From: an uncultured Phycisphaerales bacterium
Lineage (GTDB): Bacteria; Planctomycetota; Phycisphaerae; Tepidisphaerales; Tepidisphaeraceae
Assembly (NCBI GenBank): GCA_963755915.1
Contig: CAVWLP010000002.1
Coordinates: forward strand, 3,872,001-3,936,000
Direction: 5' to 3'
DNA: 64,000 nucleotides
The position numbers and the translations under genes were made by a program. Shown piece after piece: positions 45,178 to 55,339 of the stretch. The first letter of the stretch is position 1, and every line of letters begins with the position of its first letter. The notes under the pieces are model-generated. The model was not told where the DNA came from, ran no database searches, and saw only the letters and a program-made list of their open reading frames with translations.

Positions 45178-45474
45178 TTATCGCCAGCGTGGGGCTCCAT
45201 TGCTGGGCGATGGGGAATCGTCTTGTTTTTGATCTGGATGGGGAGGCGTGCGTCTTGGGTCAGCCTTGCGTCCGAAGGTAATGTTGGCGGGGGCTCTGAC
45301 GAACTTGTTTGGGACGCACCAGGTTTGGCCGTTGTCGTCGAGATCGATAATCCAAATCATATCGTCGTCACGATGGCCGGGTTCGAGGAAGTTGGCGACG
45401 CCCTTGCCGGTGGGGCCGGACCAGCCGGGACCGCCGACAATGATGCGAACGAGGGGGGGATTGAGTTGTAGCAT
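45178..45474 (-). CDS. Hypothetical protein (MLQLNPPL...NITFGR type)
   Basis: Compact ORF with W/D-rich core MIWIIDLDDNGQTWCVPN. Confidence 0.55.
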   Translation of the reverse strand: MLQLNPPLVRIIVGGPGWSGPTGKGVANFLEPGHRDDDMIWIIDLDDNGQTWCVPNKFVRAPANITFGRKADPRRTPPHPDQKQDDSPSPSNGAPRWR

Positions 45475-45647
45475 GGGATGATCCGTGGTGGGGACGCAAA
45501 TGGAAGACGCCCCGCGGTTCGACTGAGCTCACCGAAGTCAAGCCGGGCCGCTAAACATTGTGCGGTTTCAGAATTTGGGACTGCAACGGTTGGGCCAATA
45601 CAGACCCGGGCGTCGCGTGCGGCGGAGTCTGGATTCAAGTACCGCAT

Positions 45648-45833
45648 TCAGCGAGACTGTTTTCGTTTGGGAACTTTAGCTCCGGCCTTTCGGGCCTCGG
45701 CGAGGCCGATTGCGATGGCTTGCTTGCGGCTGGTGACTTTTTTTCCGGATCGGCCGCTTTTCAGGGTGCCAAGTTTACGTTCGTGCATGGCCCTTTCGAC
45801 TTTGCTGGATGCTTTCCTGCTGTATTTCGCCAT
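45648..45833 (-). CDS. DUF6496-like small basic protein
   Basis: KVERAMHE.K.GTLKSGRSGKKVTSRKQAIAIGLAEAR. Confidence 0.8.
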   Translation of the reverse strand: MAKYSRKASSKVERAMHERKLGTLKSGRSGKKVTSRKQAIAIGLAEARKAGAKVPKRKQSR

Positions 45834-46088
45834 GGGGCTCCTTTGCCGTTGGTACAGTAACGAGAATAAGCAATAGACGTGCCGGTCGAGGTGCGGAAAT
45901 CTATGGCGGTGAATGTGTCGGGGGCGATTGCGTGCAGGTAGGCGTTTACATTGGAGGAGCCGATGGGATGGCGAAGCTCATTTTCGTCGAGATACTGGAA
46001 TGTTCGCAGAAACCCCCCGGATGAGCCGATAAAATGTCGATGCTTGAAATCCGGGGCATCGACTTATAGACTTTGCGGCCGGAAACTC

Positions 46089-46160
46089 GCGGGCGTAGCT
46101 CAGTGGTAGAGCGTCACGTTGCCAACGTGAATGTCGAGGGTTCGACCCCCTTCGCCCGCT
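46089..46160 (+). tRNA. tRNA-Gly(GCC), CCA not encoded
   Basis: GCGGGCG/CGCCCGC acceptor stem, TCACG-TTGCCAA-CGTGA anticodon arm, GGTTCGA T-loop. Confidence 0.97.
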
Positions 46161-47487
46161 TGAAAACCCCATCCCTGCCGGATGGGGTTTTTTGTTGCCT
46201 ATCCCCGCCAGTTACAAGAGATAACGACGAGTCGCGGTGAGGGGTATCAATGCCGCTGACTGCCGAACAAAACCCTATTGCAGCCGATCTTGTAGTGACG
46301 CTTTCACGCCACCCAGGAACCACGTTGGCATCGGGCCGAGTACTTGGCAACGCCGGAAGTTTCTCCACGGCACCGGCAAGATCAAAGATTCTCGGATCGG
46401 TGTACACGTTCATCGTCAACCGCATATCGGTGTGACGCATCAGGCTCATGGCTACACGCGGAGCAACGCCAGCCTTGGCCAGCAGACTGCCGTAAGTGTG
46501 ACGGAGCGAATGGAAATCCGCTCGGCGGCGGTCCGCATCCTCAAAGGGGATTCCGGCTTTTGTCAGATATCGCTTGTGCGTATCCATCGACGGCAAGGTG
46601 CGGCACACCGATGCGGAATCGTCCGCGTCGCCACGCGATTCTTTCAGCAGCTTTGCCAGGTCATTTCGTAGCGGCAGTGCGTCGCCACGCTTGCCCTTGG
46701 TCGTTTCCGCCCGCAATTGAATGCAGGGCATCGGTGCATCGAGCTTCACGTCACCCCATCGCAATTGCCGCAGCTCATCGCGTCGCAAGCCCGTCCCCAG
46801 GATGATTCGATAGGCGAGTTGATGCCGGGCATGCACCGCGTCCATCAAGGCCGCTATTTCTGTTTGCGTCAGTGCCCGCCGCTGGCGGCGTAAGTGGCCC
46901 GTGGTTTCCACCGGAGTCACATCAGCGAGCGGATGAACCGCGAGGCGTTTCCGTTTGATCGACCATTTGCAGAAGGCTCGTACGGTTTCCAAGTAATGGT
47001 TTTGTGTTCGTGCCCCCATCCGCAGGATTGTGCCGCCATCCTTGGCAGTATGCCCCATCGTGATCGTCGCGGTATCTCGCCAGCGGATGAAGCTATCCGC
47101 CGAGACGCTCGAAAAAGTCTTCCAATCGCAGTCGGCAATCAACCGGGCCATCCGGGATTCGCACAGCCCAACATAAATCTCATCACGCCCCAATTGCCGG
47201 AGTTCCGCAATCCAGTCAGCGACGTGTTCGCAAAGCCGTCGATTCCGGTGTGCCTTGAACGGGTCCTCCAACCCTTCCGCCCCTTGGGCTTTTGCACGCT
47301 CAATTTTCGCCCCCAATTGCTCGGAAGCGGCTCTATCGGTGTAGCCTTTGATCCGTCTGATTCTCCCGTCAACGTTGACCTGGACAGTGTAGAATCGGCT
47401 CTCTGCCCAATTCGCACCCGGAGTGTGCTTCGTGCATTTTCGTCCGTTAGCATCAATCCATCTTCCGCGTTTGAAAATACTGGCCAT
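46114..47487 (-). CDS. Tyrosine recombinase/integrase whose frame crosses attL
   Basis: GLRRDEL, TTKG, DFHSLRHT, MRHTDMRLTMNVYT (R-K-H-R-H-Y); GGAG RBS; stop codon lies inside the tRNA antisense. Confidence 0.93.
   Translation of the reverse strand: MASIFKRGRWIDANGRKCTKHTPGANWAESRFYTVQVNVDGRIRRIKGYTDRAASEQLGAKIERAKAQGAEGLEDPFKAHRNRRLCEHVADWIAELRQLGRDEIYVGLCESRMARLIADCDWKTFSSVSADSFIRWRDTATITMGHTAKDGGTILRMGARTQNHYLETVRAFCKWSIKRKRLAVHPLADVTPVETTGHLRRQRRALTQTEIAALMDAVHARHQLAYRIILGTGLRRDELRQLRWGDVKLDAPMPCIQLRAETTKGKRGDALPLRNDLAKLLKESRGDADDSASVCRTLPSMDTHKRYLTKAGIPFEDADRRRADFHSLRHTYGSLLAKAGVAPRVAMSLMRHTDMRLTMNVYTDPRIFDLAGAVEKLPALPSTRPDANVVPGWRESVTTRSAAIGFCSAVSGIDTPHRDSSLSLVTGGDRQQKTPSGRDGVFKRAKGVEPSTFTLAT
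46163..46193 (+). terminator. Terminator for tRNA-Gly, supplied by the element within int
   Basis: AAAACCCCATCC-ctgcc-GGATGGGGTTTTTT. Confidence 0.8.
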
Positions 47488-47507
47488 AGGACTCCATCGC
47501 TTTCGCA

Positions 47508-47738
47508 CTATTCTACACCGGCCCGCACCGCATTGGACTCGATCCACGTTTCAACTGTTTCGCGTTTCCATAACCGCAGCTTGCCGCCTATGCCAATGTC
47601 GGCCTTGGGAAATCGCCCCGACGAAATCAGCCGGAACAGGGTGCGGGACGCAATCGGAAGATAATAGCGCCGGATCATCGCCAAGGTCAGTAGAGCAGGC
47701 GGATTTTCCGTTTGCATATGGACCGTTTGAACCTGCAT
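47508..47738 (-). CDS. AlpA-type HTH excisionase candidate
   Basis: SRTLFRLISSGRFPK...RLWKRETVETWI, GGAG RBS, directly upstream of int. Confidence 0.8.
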   Translation of the reverse strand: MQVQTVHMQTENPPALLTLAMIRRYYLPIASRTLFRLISSGRFPKADIGIGGKLRLWKRETVETWIESNAVRAGVE

Positions 47739-48041
47739 CGTGAAATCTCCATTGTTCGATAACCGCCGCGCGAAACCGCGCGGCCTTGATTCCATTGACT
47801 GTACAATCTGGTCGGACGCTGCCCGTGGCCGCAGAACACACCCTAAGACTATTTGCGTCAAAGGGCGGAAATCTTTCACTAAAAATCATCAAGCGACCTG
47901 AATAGACCGGCAAATCTCCGGTCGCCGCAACGCGGCGTGTGCCTGTTCGGGTCGAATCCTGTAATGCCAGGGGCCAATTTCTCAATGACATTCCGCCTCA
48001 AATGCCGTTATAATGTGCGAAAGCCGTTAAGGATGAGGTCT

Positions 48042-48323
48042 ATGCAGCAAGTTCAATTGCCTGATCAACTCTACCGCGTAGCACAGCGACGCGCGTCGGA
48101 AGCTGGGTTTGCCACCGTCGAGGAATACATTGCCGATGTCGTAACCCAGGATGTCGCCGACGATACGGAGAATTTTGACCATTTGTTCACGCCGCAGGTA
48201 GTAAGCGAGCTTGAACAGATTTCCGCAGCGGCCAAGGCTGGCGGGAAAACTTACACGTCCGAGGAAGTCCGCGAACATTTCCGAAAGAAATCGGACGCAT
48301 GGCGAGCAAGCCACCCCGAATGA
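48042..48323 (+). CDS. Putative antitoxin
   Basis: QVQLPDQL..AGFATVEEYI RHH-like, acidic; stop overlaps toxin start. Confidence 0.7.
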   Translation: MQQVQLPDQLYRVAQRRASEAGFATVEEYIADVVTQDVADDTENFDHLFTPQVVSELEQISAAAKAGGKTYTSEEVREHFRKKSDAWRASHPE

Positions 48324-48628
48324 TCGTTGACTACACGCCGGAAGCTCTGGCCAATCTCGACGAGATTTGGGATTGGAACGCGGAGCAGCACGGTAGGGTA
48401 CACGCTGATTCGTACGTCGAATTCCTGCGAAAACGAACGGATCGCTTATCCACCGACTATGCCAGCGGCAAACCCGTGCCGACTAATCTATCGCTGTTTT
48501 ATCGCGTGATTCAAAAAAGGAAGAAGCATCACGGCCATATTGTCGTTTACGAAGTGAATGACAACGATGTTGTTCGCATCCTGCGTTATTTCCACACCGC
48601 CCAAGACTGGCAGAACAAGCTCAGATAA
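48320..48628 (+). CDS. RelE/ParE family toxin
   Basis: YTPEALANLDEIWDW...HIVVYEV..VRILRYFH. Confidence 0.85.
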   Translation: MIVDYTPEALANLDEIWDWNAEQHGRVHADSYVEFLRKRTDRLSTDYASGKPVPTNLSLFYRVIQKRKKHHGHIVVYEVNDNDVVRILRYFHTAQDWQNKLR

Positions 48629-48689
48629 ACGCGAGGCGAAATAATTTCCCTGCCCCCAATTCCGACATTGTACGCTCCACGAATCGGCC

Positions 48690-49130
48690 TCAAGGTACTA
48701 CTCCATGAGTACACGGAGCCTCTTCTCCGACGGTTCCACCTTGACACCGATTCGCTCCGCTGAAAGCAATTCTGTCCACCATCGGGGGCAGGGAAAAAGA
48801 TGGTTCAGGAAGAAAGACAATCGAATCATCCGGCAGCCAGGCCGACGCGTCGAATTCTGCCACGGCGTCGAATATCGTGACCCGGTACGCACATCCGATC
48901 CGTTTTGGGGCGGAACGCCTTCGCCGTAATCGTTCCCGCACGATAGCCCGAATTTGATCCTCATCTTTTCCGGCAAACCGTTGCGTTTGATATCCGCCTC
49001 CGACACGACCGTAGCGGATGCTGAGTGTCCAATCGTCAAGCAAATCCCGGCCAACGGTGATTTCGTAGCGGCGATGATGATTGAGATCGTCGTTATGCGC
49101 TTCTAATGCAATCGTGAGCAGGTTTTCCAT
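48690..49130 (-). CDS. WGR-domain protein
   Basis: RRYEITVGRDLLDDWTLSIRYGRVG. Confidence 0.7.
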   Translation of the reverse strand: MENLLTIALEAHNDDLNHHRRYEITVGRDLLDDWTLSIRYGRVGGGYQTQRFAGKDEDQIRAIVRERLRRRRSAPKRIGCAYRVTIFDAVAEFDASAWLPDDSIVFLPEPSFSLPPMVDRIAFSGANRCQGGTVGEEAPCTHGVVP

Positions 49131-49249
49131 GCGGCGAGATATTTCTCTTGTCCCCTTCGATGAATCGTGATACGCCTTGACCTGACCATAAACTATAGTT
49201 TTTGGCCGATGTAAAGGGGTTTTTGCAAGCAGTTGATTTGTCGAGGGGC

Positions 49250-49870
49250 ATGACCGGAAATCAGGGGGAGGTTTTTGGCCAGGGGGCGAACGACCGTTTA
49301 CGCGTCGGGCTGTATGCACGTGTTTCGACTCACGACCAGCAGACATTGCCACTGCAAATTTCCGCAATGCGGGAATACGCCGAGCGACGGGGCTGGACCA
49401 TCGCAATGCAAATCGAGGAAGTCGGTAGCGGGGCGAAGGATCGACCAGCCCGCGGTGAAATTTTACGAGCCGCGATGCGACGGGAGATTGATATCGTCCT
49501 GGTCTGGAAGCTCGACCGGTGGGGCCGGTCGTTGCTCGACCTTGTGACGACGTTGAAGGAATTGCATGCTGTCGGCGTCAATTTCGTTTCGCTGAATGAT
49601 TCACTGGATTTCACGACCCCGAGCGGTCAAGCAATGGCGGGGATGCTGGCAGTATTCGCTCAATATGAGCGGGACATCCTTCGGGATCGCGTCAAGGCTG
49701 GCATTGCCGAGGCCAGGAAGAACGGTAAGCCGCATGGCAGGCCCGCGACGGTGACCGGCCTTGCGGATGAGGCAAACAAGCTGTTTCTTTCAGGAATCAG
49801 CAAGAGCCAGATCGCCCAGCGGCTCGGTATTGGGAGAACTTCGGTGCGGAGGCTTCTTACGGCTGTATAA
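49250..49870 (+). CDS. Serine recombinase (resolvase/invertase)
   Basis: YARVSTHDQ, VWKLDRWGRS, C-terminal HTH SQIAQRLGIGRTSVRR. Confidence 0.93.
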   Translation: MTGNQGEVFGQGANDRLRVGLYARVSTHDQQTLPLQISAMREYAERRGWTIAMQIEEVGSGAKDRPARGEILRAAMRREIDIVLVWKLDRWGRSLLDLVTTLKELHAVGVNFVSLNDSLDFTTPSGQAMAGMLAVFAQYERDILRDRVKAGIAEARKNGKPHGRPATVTGLADEANKLFLSGISKSQIAQRLGIGRTSVRRLLTAV

Positions 49871-50622
49871 TCGTGAGATTTGGGGGGCCGAACACCTGAG
49901 CCAGTGGGCGGATTAGAGTCAGGTCGTGCGTGGCAATGGCGTCAACGCGAGATAAGAAAGCAAGGTAGGTCAGATCTGCAAGATCGTTTGCCAGCTTCTT
50001 ATCTCCCAAGTGGCAGGCGTGGTTTCCGTTAAGACGGTAATGGAACGCTAGAAAATTGCGTAGGCGGTGCCAGTCGTATATCAGCCACCCAGGCTCCGGC
50101 ACGTCCTTCATCTGATAGTATTTCGCAATTGTTTCCCCCCTAACCTTTTTTGCTTCGGGCGGTGCAAACAGCTCAAGGTACTTGTTTGCACCCGTTACAA
50201 TATCTACCGACCTGCAACTTGCGAAAGTGCCGTTGTGTTTTTCATTCCACAGTCGTTCAAGCGCATTTTTGAACTCTTGCGGCTCGTCTCTCTCGAAAAA
50301 GTCTCGAACCTCTTGCACAGCGCCGATCCCTCGTGCGCTGATCGCGGCGTCGATTAATTCCTTACTGTTGGGATGTACCACGTCCTCTATCCGCTCACTC
50401 GTCCTGACTTCTTCTTTGAGCAAATTGACCAGCGCGCGAGTGAGCAAGGTTAAGCCCCGCGAGTTTTTTGAAGTACGTACAAGAATCGCTTCCATCGGAG
50501 CTAGTTGATATCTCGTATATCAATTCAAAGGTAAGCAAAACGGTATATTCGCGGAGGTCATTTTGCACCGATTCGCGTCCGGATGCTCTGAGATAGGACA
50601 AATCAACGATCGCGGTTGGCAT
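49857..50622 (-). CDS. Hypothetical protein, possible PIN-like nuclease (frameshift near 50490)
   Basis: AIVDLSYL..ELIYE N-terminus; NDLADLTY..AIATHD C-terminus. Confidence 0.45.
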
Positions 50623-50825
50623 GATTCATCCTCCTTTTTCTTCTTGAGGAGTTTAACGTCATTCCCCTTCTCACTTCACCGCCCGGGTTTTGGCCTACCT
50701 GTAAGCGGCTCTCAATCCGACATCCAGGGCCAACTTTATCTTTAAGCAGCAAGGGAATTTGATGAAGGCTCGGCGGTTTGACTGTCCGTTCCAACCTTTG
50801 TGGCCACACCGAATGGGTTGGGTTT

Positions 50826-51455
50826 TCAGATTTGTTCCAGGCATTTGATAATGCTTATGTAGTCTGGTTTATCCTTCATTATTTCGTTCTGCAAGCCGCC
50901 TATTACTGATTGCCTGCGGAGGGCACAGCCGCACCACGCCATATAGACCTGTAGTGCCCCTAGCACAGCTACCGAGATTAAGATCGTGCTGCTAAAGAAG
51001 TGGCTTACGACAACAAACAACGTCACATAGACTGTTAACACCACAATTGCCGTAGGCGTGTTGTGATGCGAAGGTTTTCCGTTGATCCTCTTTTGTCTGC
51101 ATCGGACGTAGGGTATGTGGTTCAGAAGCTCGCCAATAACCGGAGAATCAAGATACCCCTTCACCAGATCGTCGGCGGAAAGGTGCATCTTATTATTACA
51201 ATCGCACCAGCTTGCCACTCCCATTCCGATGCTCAGAATCGCTACGACAATCAAAACGGTGCCGCCGAAAAAGTAGTTTGCCGTGTAAAAGATTGCCGCT
51301 TCGGTTATCAGGAGCAGAATGCCAGAAATCACCATGTCGCGTGATTTATACGGATGGATGTCGTCGAAAGAGTGCTTATATTGATGCACAGCTTCTTTTT
51401 CCTTCGATTTTGCTGCGGACTTGGCGTCCCTGGTGTAGATCGGCAACGCGGGCAA
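50826..51455 (-). CDS. Four-TM membrane protein with internal duplication
   Basis: Two hydrophobic hairpins each ending WCxC; low GC. Confidence 0.55.
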   Translation of the reverse strand: MPALPIYTRDAKSAAKSKEKEAVHQYKHSFDDIHPYKSRDMVISGILLLITEAAIFYTANYFFGGTVLIVVAILSIGMGVASWCDCNNKMHLSADDLVKGYLDSPVIGELLNHIPYVRCRQKRINGKPSHHNTPTAIVVLTVYVTLFVVVSHFFSSTILISVAVLGALQVYMAWCGCALRRQSVIGGLQNEIMKDKPDYISIIKCLEQI

Positions 51456-51680
51456 AGCCTATTACAAATACGACGATTGCCGGTTGTGTCTCCAATTGGC
51501 TGATAACAAGCCGTGGCGCCGTGCAAAGCCGCCCCAGCGAATTCATGGCCGATAACTGCGGGAAAGGATGGTAATGGCCACATGCAAAGCAGATGTCGCG
51601 AGAAGGCAGCCATGGGGGGTTTGGCTCTGCTCTTCTGCGGCAAATCTCAAGCAGACCGTCTCATCGTCCGAAACAACCTG

Positions 51681-52193
51681 ATGGGAAGTTTTTATTTCGT
51701 GTTCGTTGCGCTGGCTGCGATCGCTGCGTGGAAAATTCCCGCTTTAGTAAAACTCACCCGGGCGTGGCATGCCGGTGTCTCGGCGATGAGGAGGGTTAAA
51801 TCGCTGATGCCTGCACATTCCGAAAACGAAATTTGCGCCGCTAAATGGGTTGTTGAAGATTGGTTGCGGTGTGCGCAGGCACACATGGCTGTTTCTTTTC
51901 TCGAAGAAAAGATCGGCGTGGGTGCAGATGTGATTGGCGATTTGCTGTTTCGATCCTCGGCGGAGGCTATAACTAATGGGCCGGACGAATTCGGCGACGT
52001 TCTCGGCCACACCTTGCTAAAGCCGATAACCGACGCTGACGCGAAGTTAGACATTGCAAACAGAACTCAGAATTGGGAGAAGCTTAAAAAGGAAGCAGAA
52101 ACGCTCGCTATGTGTCTTAGGGCGATGGACGAGGGCCGGAATTCAGCAGCCTGTCGCAATGCGGATTCGGGTGCGGTTGTAGTTAATAGTTAG
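51681..52193 (+). CDS. Hypothetical protein with N-terminal TM
   Basis: MGSFYFVFVALAAIAAWKIP..., open to 52193. Confidence 0.45.
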   Translation: MGSFYFVFVALAAIAAWKIPALVKLTRAWHAGVSAMRRVKSLMPAHSENEICAAKWVVEDWLRCAQAHMAVSFLEEKIGVGADVIGDLLFRSSAEAITNGPDEFGDVLGHTLLKPITDADAKLDIANRTQNWEKLKKEAETLAMCLRAMDEGRNSAACRNADSGAVVVNS

Positions 52194-52301
52194 TCGAATC
52201 TGTAATTGTCGTTTGGTCTGCCAACCATTCATGTGAGTGACGTGTCCTTCGGTCACCAGTCTCACCTTTCACGAATCAGTGGCCGTTGGCATGCTCGGAA
52301 A

Positions 52302-52679
52302 TTACCAAACGATTTCCTCAATAATTGCCGTCTTTTCATTTGTTTTCAGGCTATTGGGTCTGTCCCCTTCCTGCACCCACGCCACGCGGTGACGGGCGAT
52401 TCCTTGAAACAACCGAACTTCGGGCCGGACTTCTGCGTTCAGACTCCGGCCTTTGATATGAATTACATCGCCGTGAACTTGTAGGGTGATGCCATCCGTG
52501 GGGTTGAATTCGACGCGTTCGATCCATGAATATGCAACGGCCAACACATTGCCGGATTTCTTTCGCAATTCCAGCATCGAGGCCCGCTCGCGAACACCCC
52601 GCAGCCAGCCAAACGAATGAAAATCATCCACGGCGCCACCGTCGCCGGAGGGGGTCAGGTCGAACCGATCCTCACTCAA
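52302..52679 (-). CDS. Hypothetical protein downstream of relaxase
   Basis: MLELRKKSG..AVAYSWIERVEFNPTDGITL..IKGRSL; co-oriented with mob. Confidence 0.6.
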   Translation of the reverse strand: MSEDRFDLTPSGDGGAVDDFHSFGWLRGVRERASMLELRKKSGNVLAVAYSWIERVEFNPTDGITLQVHGDVIHIKGRSLNAEVRPEVRLFQGIARHRVAWVQEGDRPNSLKTNEKTAIIEEIVW

Positions 52680-52702
52680 GCCCAGGGCGATGATGCAGAA
52701 AC

Positions 52703-55339
52703 TTATCTGTCATACTCAATCCCCTCGCGGGTGGGCGTCCTCTCATCCCGTGCCCGCGTTATTTCCGCCATTCGTTCCATTTGCATCATGCGAGCGCGAT
52801 AATCCCGATCCATGACGAACTCCGTTGCCGACAACCGCTCATCGGGACGACTAACGGCTTCGAGCAGCGATTCCCTATCATCCGTATAGATCGTGGCCTG
52901 TTGCCTTCCCCTCGAAACCGACACATAGAATTGCTCACGCGATGAAGCTGGGAACGACTCGGAGGATTGCCCGATGAACACGCGGTCCACGGTTTTTCCC
53001 TGGCTCGCATGGCTCGTGACGACGTACCCATAGTCCAGATGCCCGAAGTTTTTGTTGATGGTCCAACCGTTATCGAGCCGAATATCGCCTTGCCGGGTGA
53101 ATCCGTCCACCACGTATTGCGCGCCGTTATTGAGCCGGTGCTTGCCATCGGCGGTTTTCCCGTTTTGCGTGACACGGAGGAGATCGCCCTCAGCGATGGT
53201 AATGGTTCGGGTGCGGTACTTCTGGAATTTGTTTGCCTGATCTAGTGGTAGCTCGCCTTTTCCGACGATGATGCGCTCGCCCTTGCGATACCCTTTGGCG
53301 TTTTGCTGAAACACAAGCACGTCGCCGGGAGCATAATTCACCGCGTCGCCACGCTCCGCTTGCGTCAGGTTTGTCTTTTGAAGAATCGAAAACTCGCGGT
53401 CCTCTGCATCCAACCGTCCCAAATCTTTCAGCGATTCGCGGATATGACCCGTAATGCGTTCGCCTTCCACATGGGTGGGGCTGACAACCAGAGCCGATTT
53501 CCCGGCGGCAACCGTCGCAACGTAATCGTCGGCCAGGGCTTTGTGCCGTTCGCCTTCGGGGACCTCTTTGATCCAGCCCAAGCGGTCAAGTTGCTGGAAT
53601 CCCTTTTCGGTGCGGCCATCGCTCAGCGATTGCACCGCCTGTTTGTATTCCCCCTTTTGCCGCTGAATCTCTTTAATTTCAGCGGCAACGCATCCGGCCT
53701 CGGATTCCAGCAGCCGTAACGCGGCACCATGTTCGACTGAGCCATGTTGCCTGCGGTCGCCGGAGAGTATTACGCGAGCTTCCAGTTTGTCGGCCAGGCC
53801 GAATACTTGGCCCATCGTTTTCGTTCCAATCAGCCCGGCCTCATCGATCCAGATAACTTGATCTTTGATTTGACCCTGTAATTCCTCATCGACGAGCAGC
53901 CGGGCAACAGTATCCGCGTTCTCAAACCCCTCACTTGCCAGTACGCCCCGGCTGGCGTCGGCGGAGGGTGCGAACGTGAAGACTTTGCTTCCACCCGCCT
54001 CGATAGCGTCCACCGCCTCACGCATCATGGTAGTTTTGCCGACGCCGGCGGCGCCGTTGACGATAATCACGCGATCGGAGGAATTCAGCACATGCTCGAC
54101 CGCCCGACGTTGCCCGGCGTTGAGCTTAGAATCGCCGAAGTAATGGGAGCCGTTGCCCAGGCGGGAGCACGTACCCCGTCCATCGCGGGCAAATTTGAGC
54201 ATCCGCGTTTCTTCCATCAGCACGTCATTGGACGTAACCAATTTCCGGCCATCCCGCTCGCCGAAGACCAGATCGTGTTTCCGAAACGCGGACTCCACCG
54301 ATTGCAAACTCGCCTTCCCTACCCCATGCTTCAATGCCTTCGCCAACACCGTTCGCTCCGGCACGACCGAATTGCGCTCGAACCAGTGATTGGTGGCGAA
54401 TGTCACCGCCTCTTTGGCCAGCGTGGGATCTTCCGGCAATGCCGGACCACCTATGCTTGCCGCAACGCGGTTAATGGCGTCCTGATCCTCGACAGGCAAT
54501 CGGGACCGCCATTCTGCTTGCAATTCCGAAAACGGCATATCCTTCTTTTTGCTTTCCCGTGTCCGGGCACCAAGGGAATCTTTATCCGCCGGGTTAGTAA
54601 TGCCAGCGTCTTTCGCTGTTTGCTCAATTTGTGCTGTCCGGCGTGAAAAGGTCTTGATGACCGATTTCGGCATATCAGCCAGTTCCCATCCGGCTTTGGT
54701 CCGCTCAACCTCAAGTCCCAATTCCTCCATTCGCCGGGCGAACCGGGAATGGAATGCGGCCTCAAAGAAGGGGGCGTCACGCTTGAGTTCCCGGAACTGA
54801 CCCGCCTTCCAACGGTTTTCGCTTTCGTCGAACGTCGCATTGAAGACGAAGCAATGGGCATGAAGATGCGGATCGGGTATGCCGTCCACGGGTCGGGACG
54901 TGAAGTGGGTAAACTCGCCCCAGGCCATATTGCCGGTCGTGCGTTCCTCATTCTTACCGTTCACGCGCACGCGGGTTTTCATTTCCCGCTCGATTTCCCG
55001 CATTGTCTCATCGACGGAGGTTTGGAATGCTTCCAGAATCCGATCATCGCGTGTCAGACCGTAGAGCACGGACACGCTCTTGGGGACGTGGAAGTTGAAG
55101 TCGTAGCCGACGGTACGATCCTGATTGCGACGGGCAGTCAGAGGCAGCCCCGTTGCCGGGTCGCGGTTATCGCACAGGGCATCCCATGCCGCCTTGTCGA
55201 TGCCGCCAGTCAGGCCAAGCCGTTCGGCACCCTGCCCGCGCCACTGGCCGAGTAGCTCTTGGCCCTCGCTGTAATAGTCCGCCGTGCTGTAATAGCTCAT
55301 AGCCCCGGCGGCGGAATTGCTCTGAATGATACGAAGCAT
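52703..55339 (-). CDS. MOBF (TrwC/TraI-type) relaxase-helicase
   Basis: SYYSTADYY tyrosines, DFNFHVPKSVS, HFTSR..DPHLHAH (HUH), GAAGVGKTT, DEAG, SHASQGKT. Confidence 0.95.
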   Translation of the reverse strand: MLRIIQSNSAAGAMSYYSTADYYSEGQELLGQWRGQGAERLGLTGGIDKAAWDALCDNRDPATGLPLTARRNQDRTVGYDFNFHVPKSVSVLYGLTRDDRILEAFQTSVDETMREIEREMKTRVRVNGKNEERTTGNMAWGEFTHFTSRPVDGIPDPHLHAHCFVFNATFDESENRWKAGQFRELKRDAPFFEAAFHSRFARRMEELGLEVERTKAGWELADMPKSVIKTFSRRTAQIEQTAKDAGITNPADKDSLGARTRESKKKDMPFSELQAEWRSRLPVEDQDAINRVAASIGGPALPEDPTLAKEAVTFATNHWFERNSVVPERTVLAKALKHGVGKASLQSVESAFRKHDLVFGERDGRKLVTSNDVLMEETRMLKFARDGRGTCSRLGNGSHYFGDSKLNAGQRRAVEHVLNSSDRVIIVNGAAGVGKTTMMREAVDAIEAGGSKVFTFAPSADASRGVLASEGFENADTVARLLVDEELQGQIKDQVIWIDEAGLIGTKTMGQVFGLADKLEARVILSGDRRQHGSVEHGAALRLLESEAGCVAAEIKEIQRQKGEYKQAVQSLSDGRTEKGFQQLDRLGWIKEVPEGERHKALADDYVATVAAGKSALVVSPTHVEGERITGHIRESLKDLGRLDAEDREFSILQKTNLTQAERGDAVNYAPGDVLVFQQNAKGYRKGERIIVGKGELPLDQANKFQKYRTRTITIAEGDLLRVTQNGKTADGKHRLNNGAQYVVDGFTRQGDIRLDNGWTINKNFGHLDYGYVVTSHASQGKTVDRVFIGQSSESFPASSREQFYVSVSRGRQQATIYTDDRESLLEAVSRPDERLSATEFVMDRDYRARMMQMERMAEITRARDERTPTREGIEYDR

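Noticed and set aside
40413-47487. CRISPR-associated transposon or Cas9-integrase linkage
   Set aside because: The cas locus lies outside attL, Cas9 nuclease motifs are intact and there are no tns genes; adjacency fits a tRNA hotspot.
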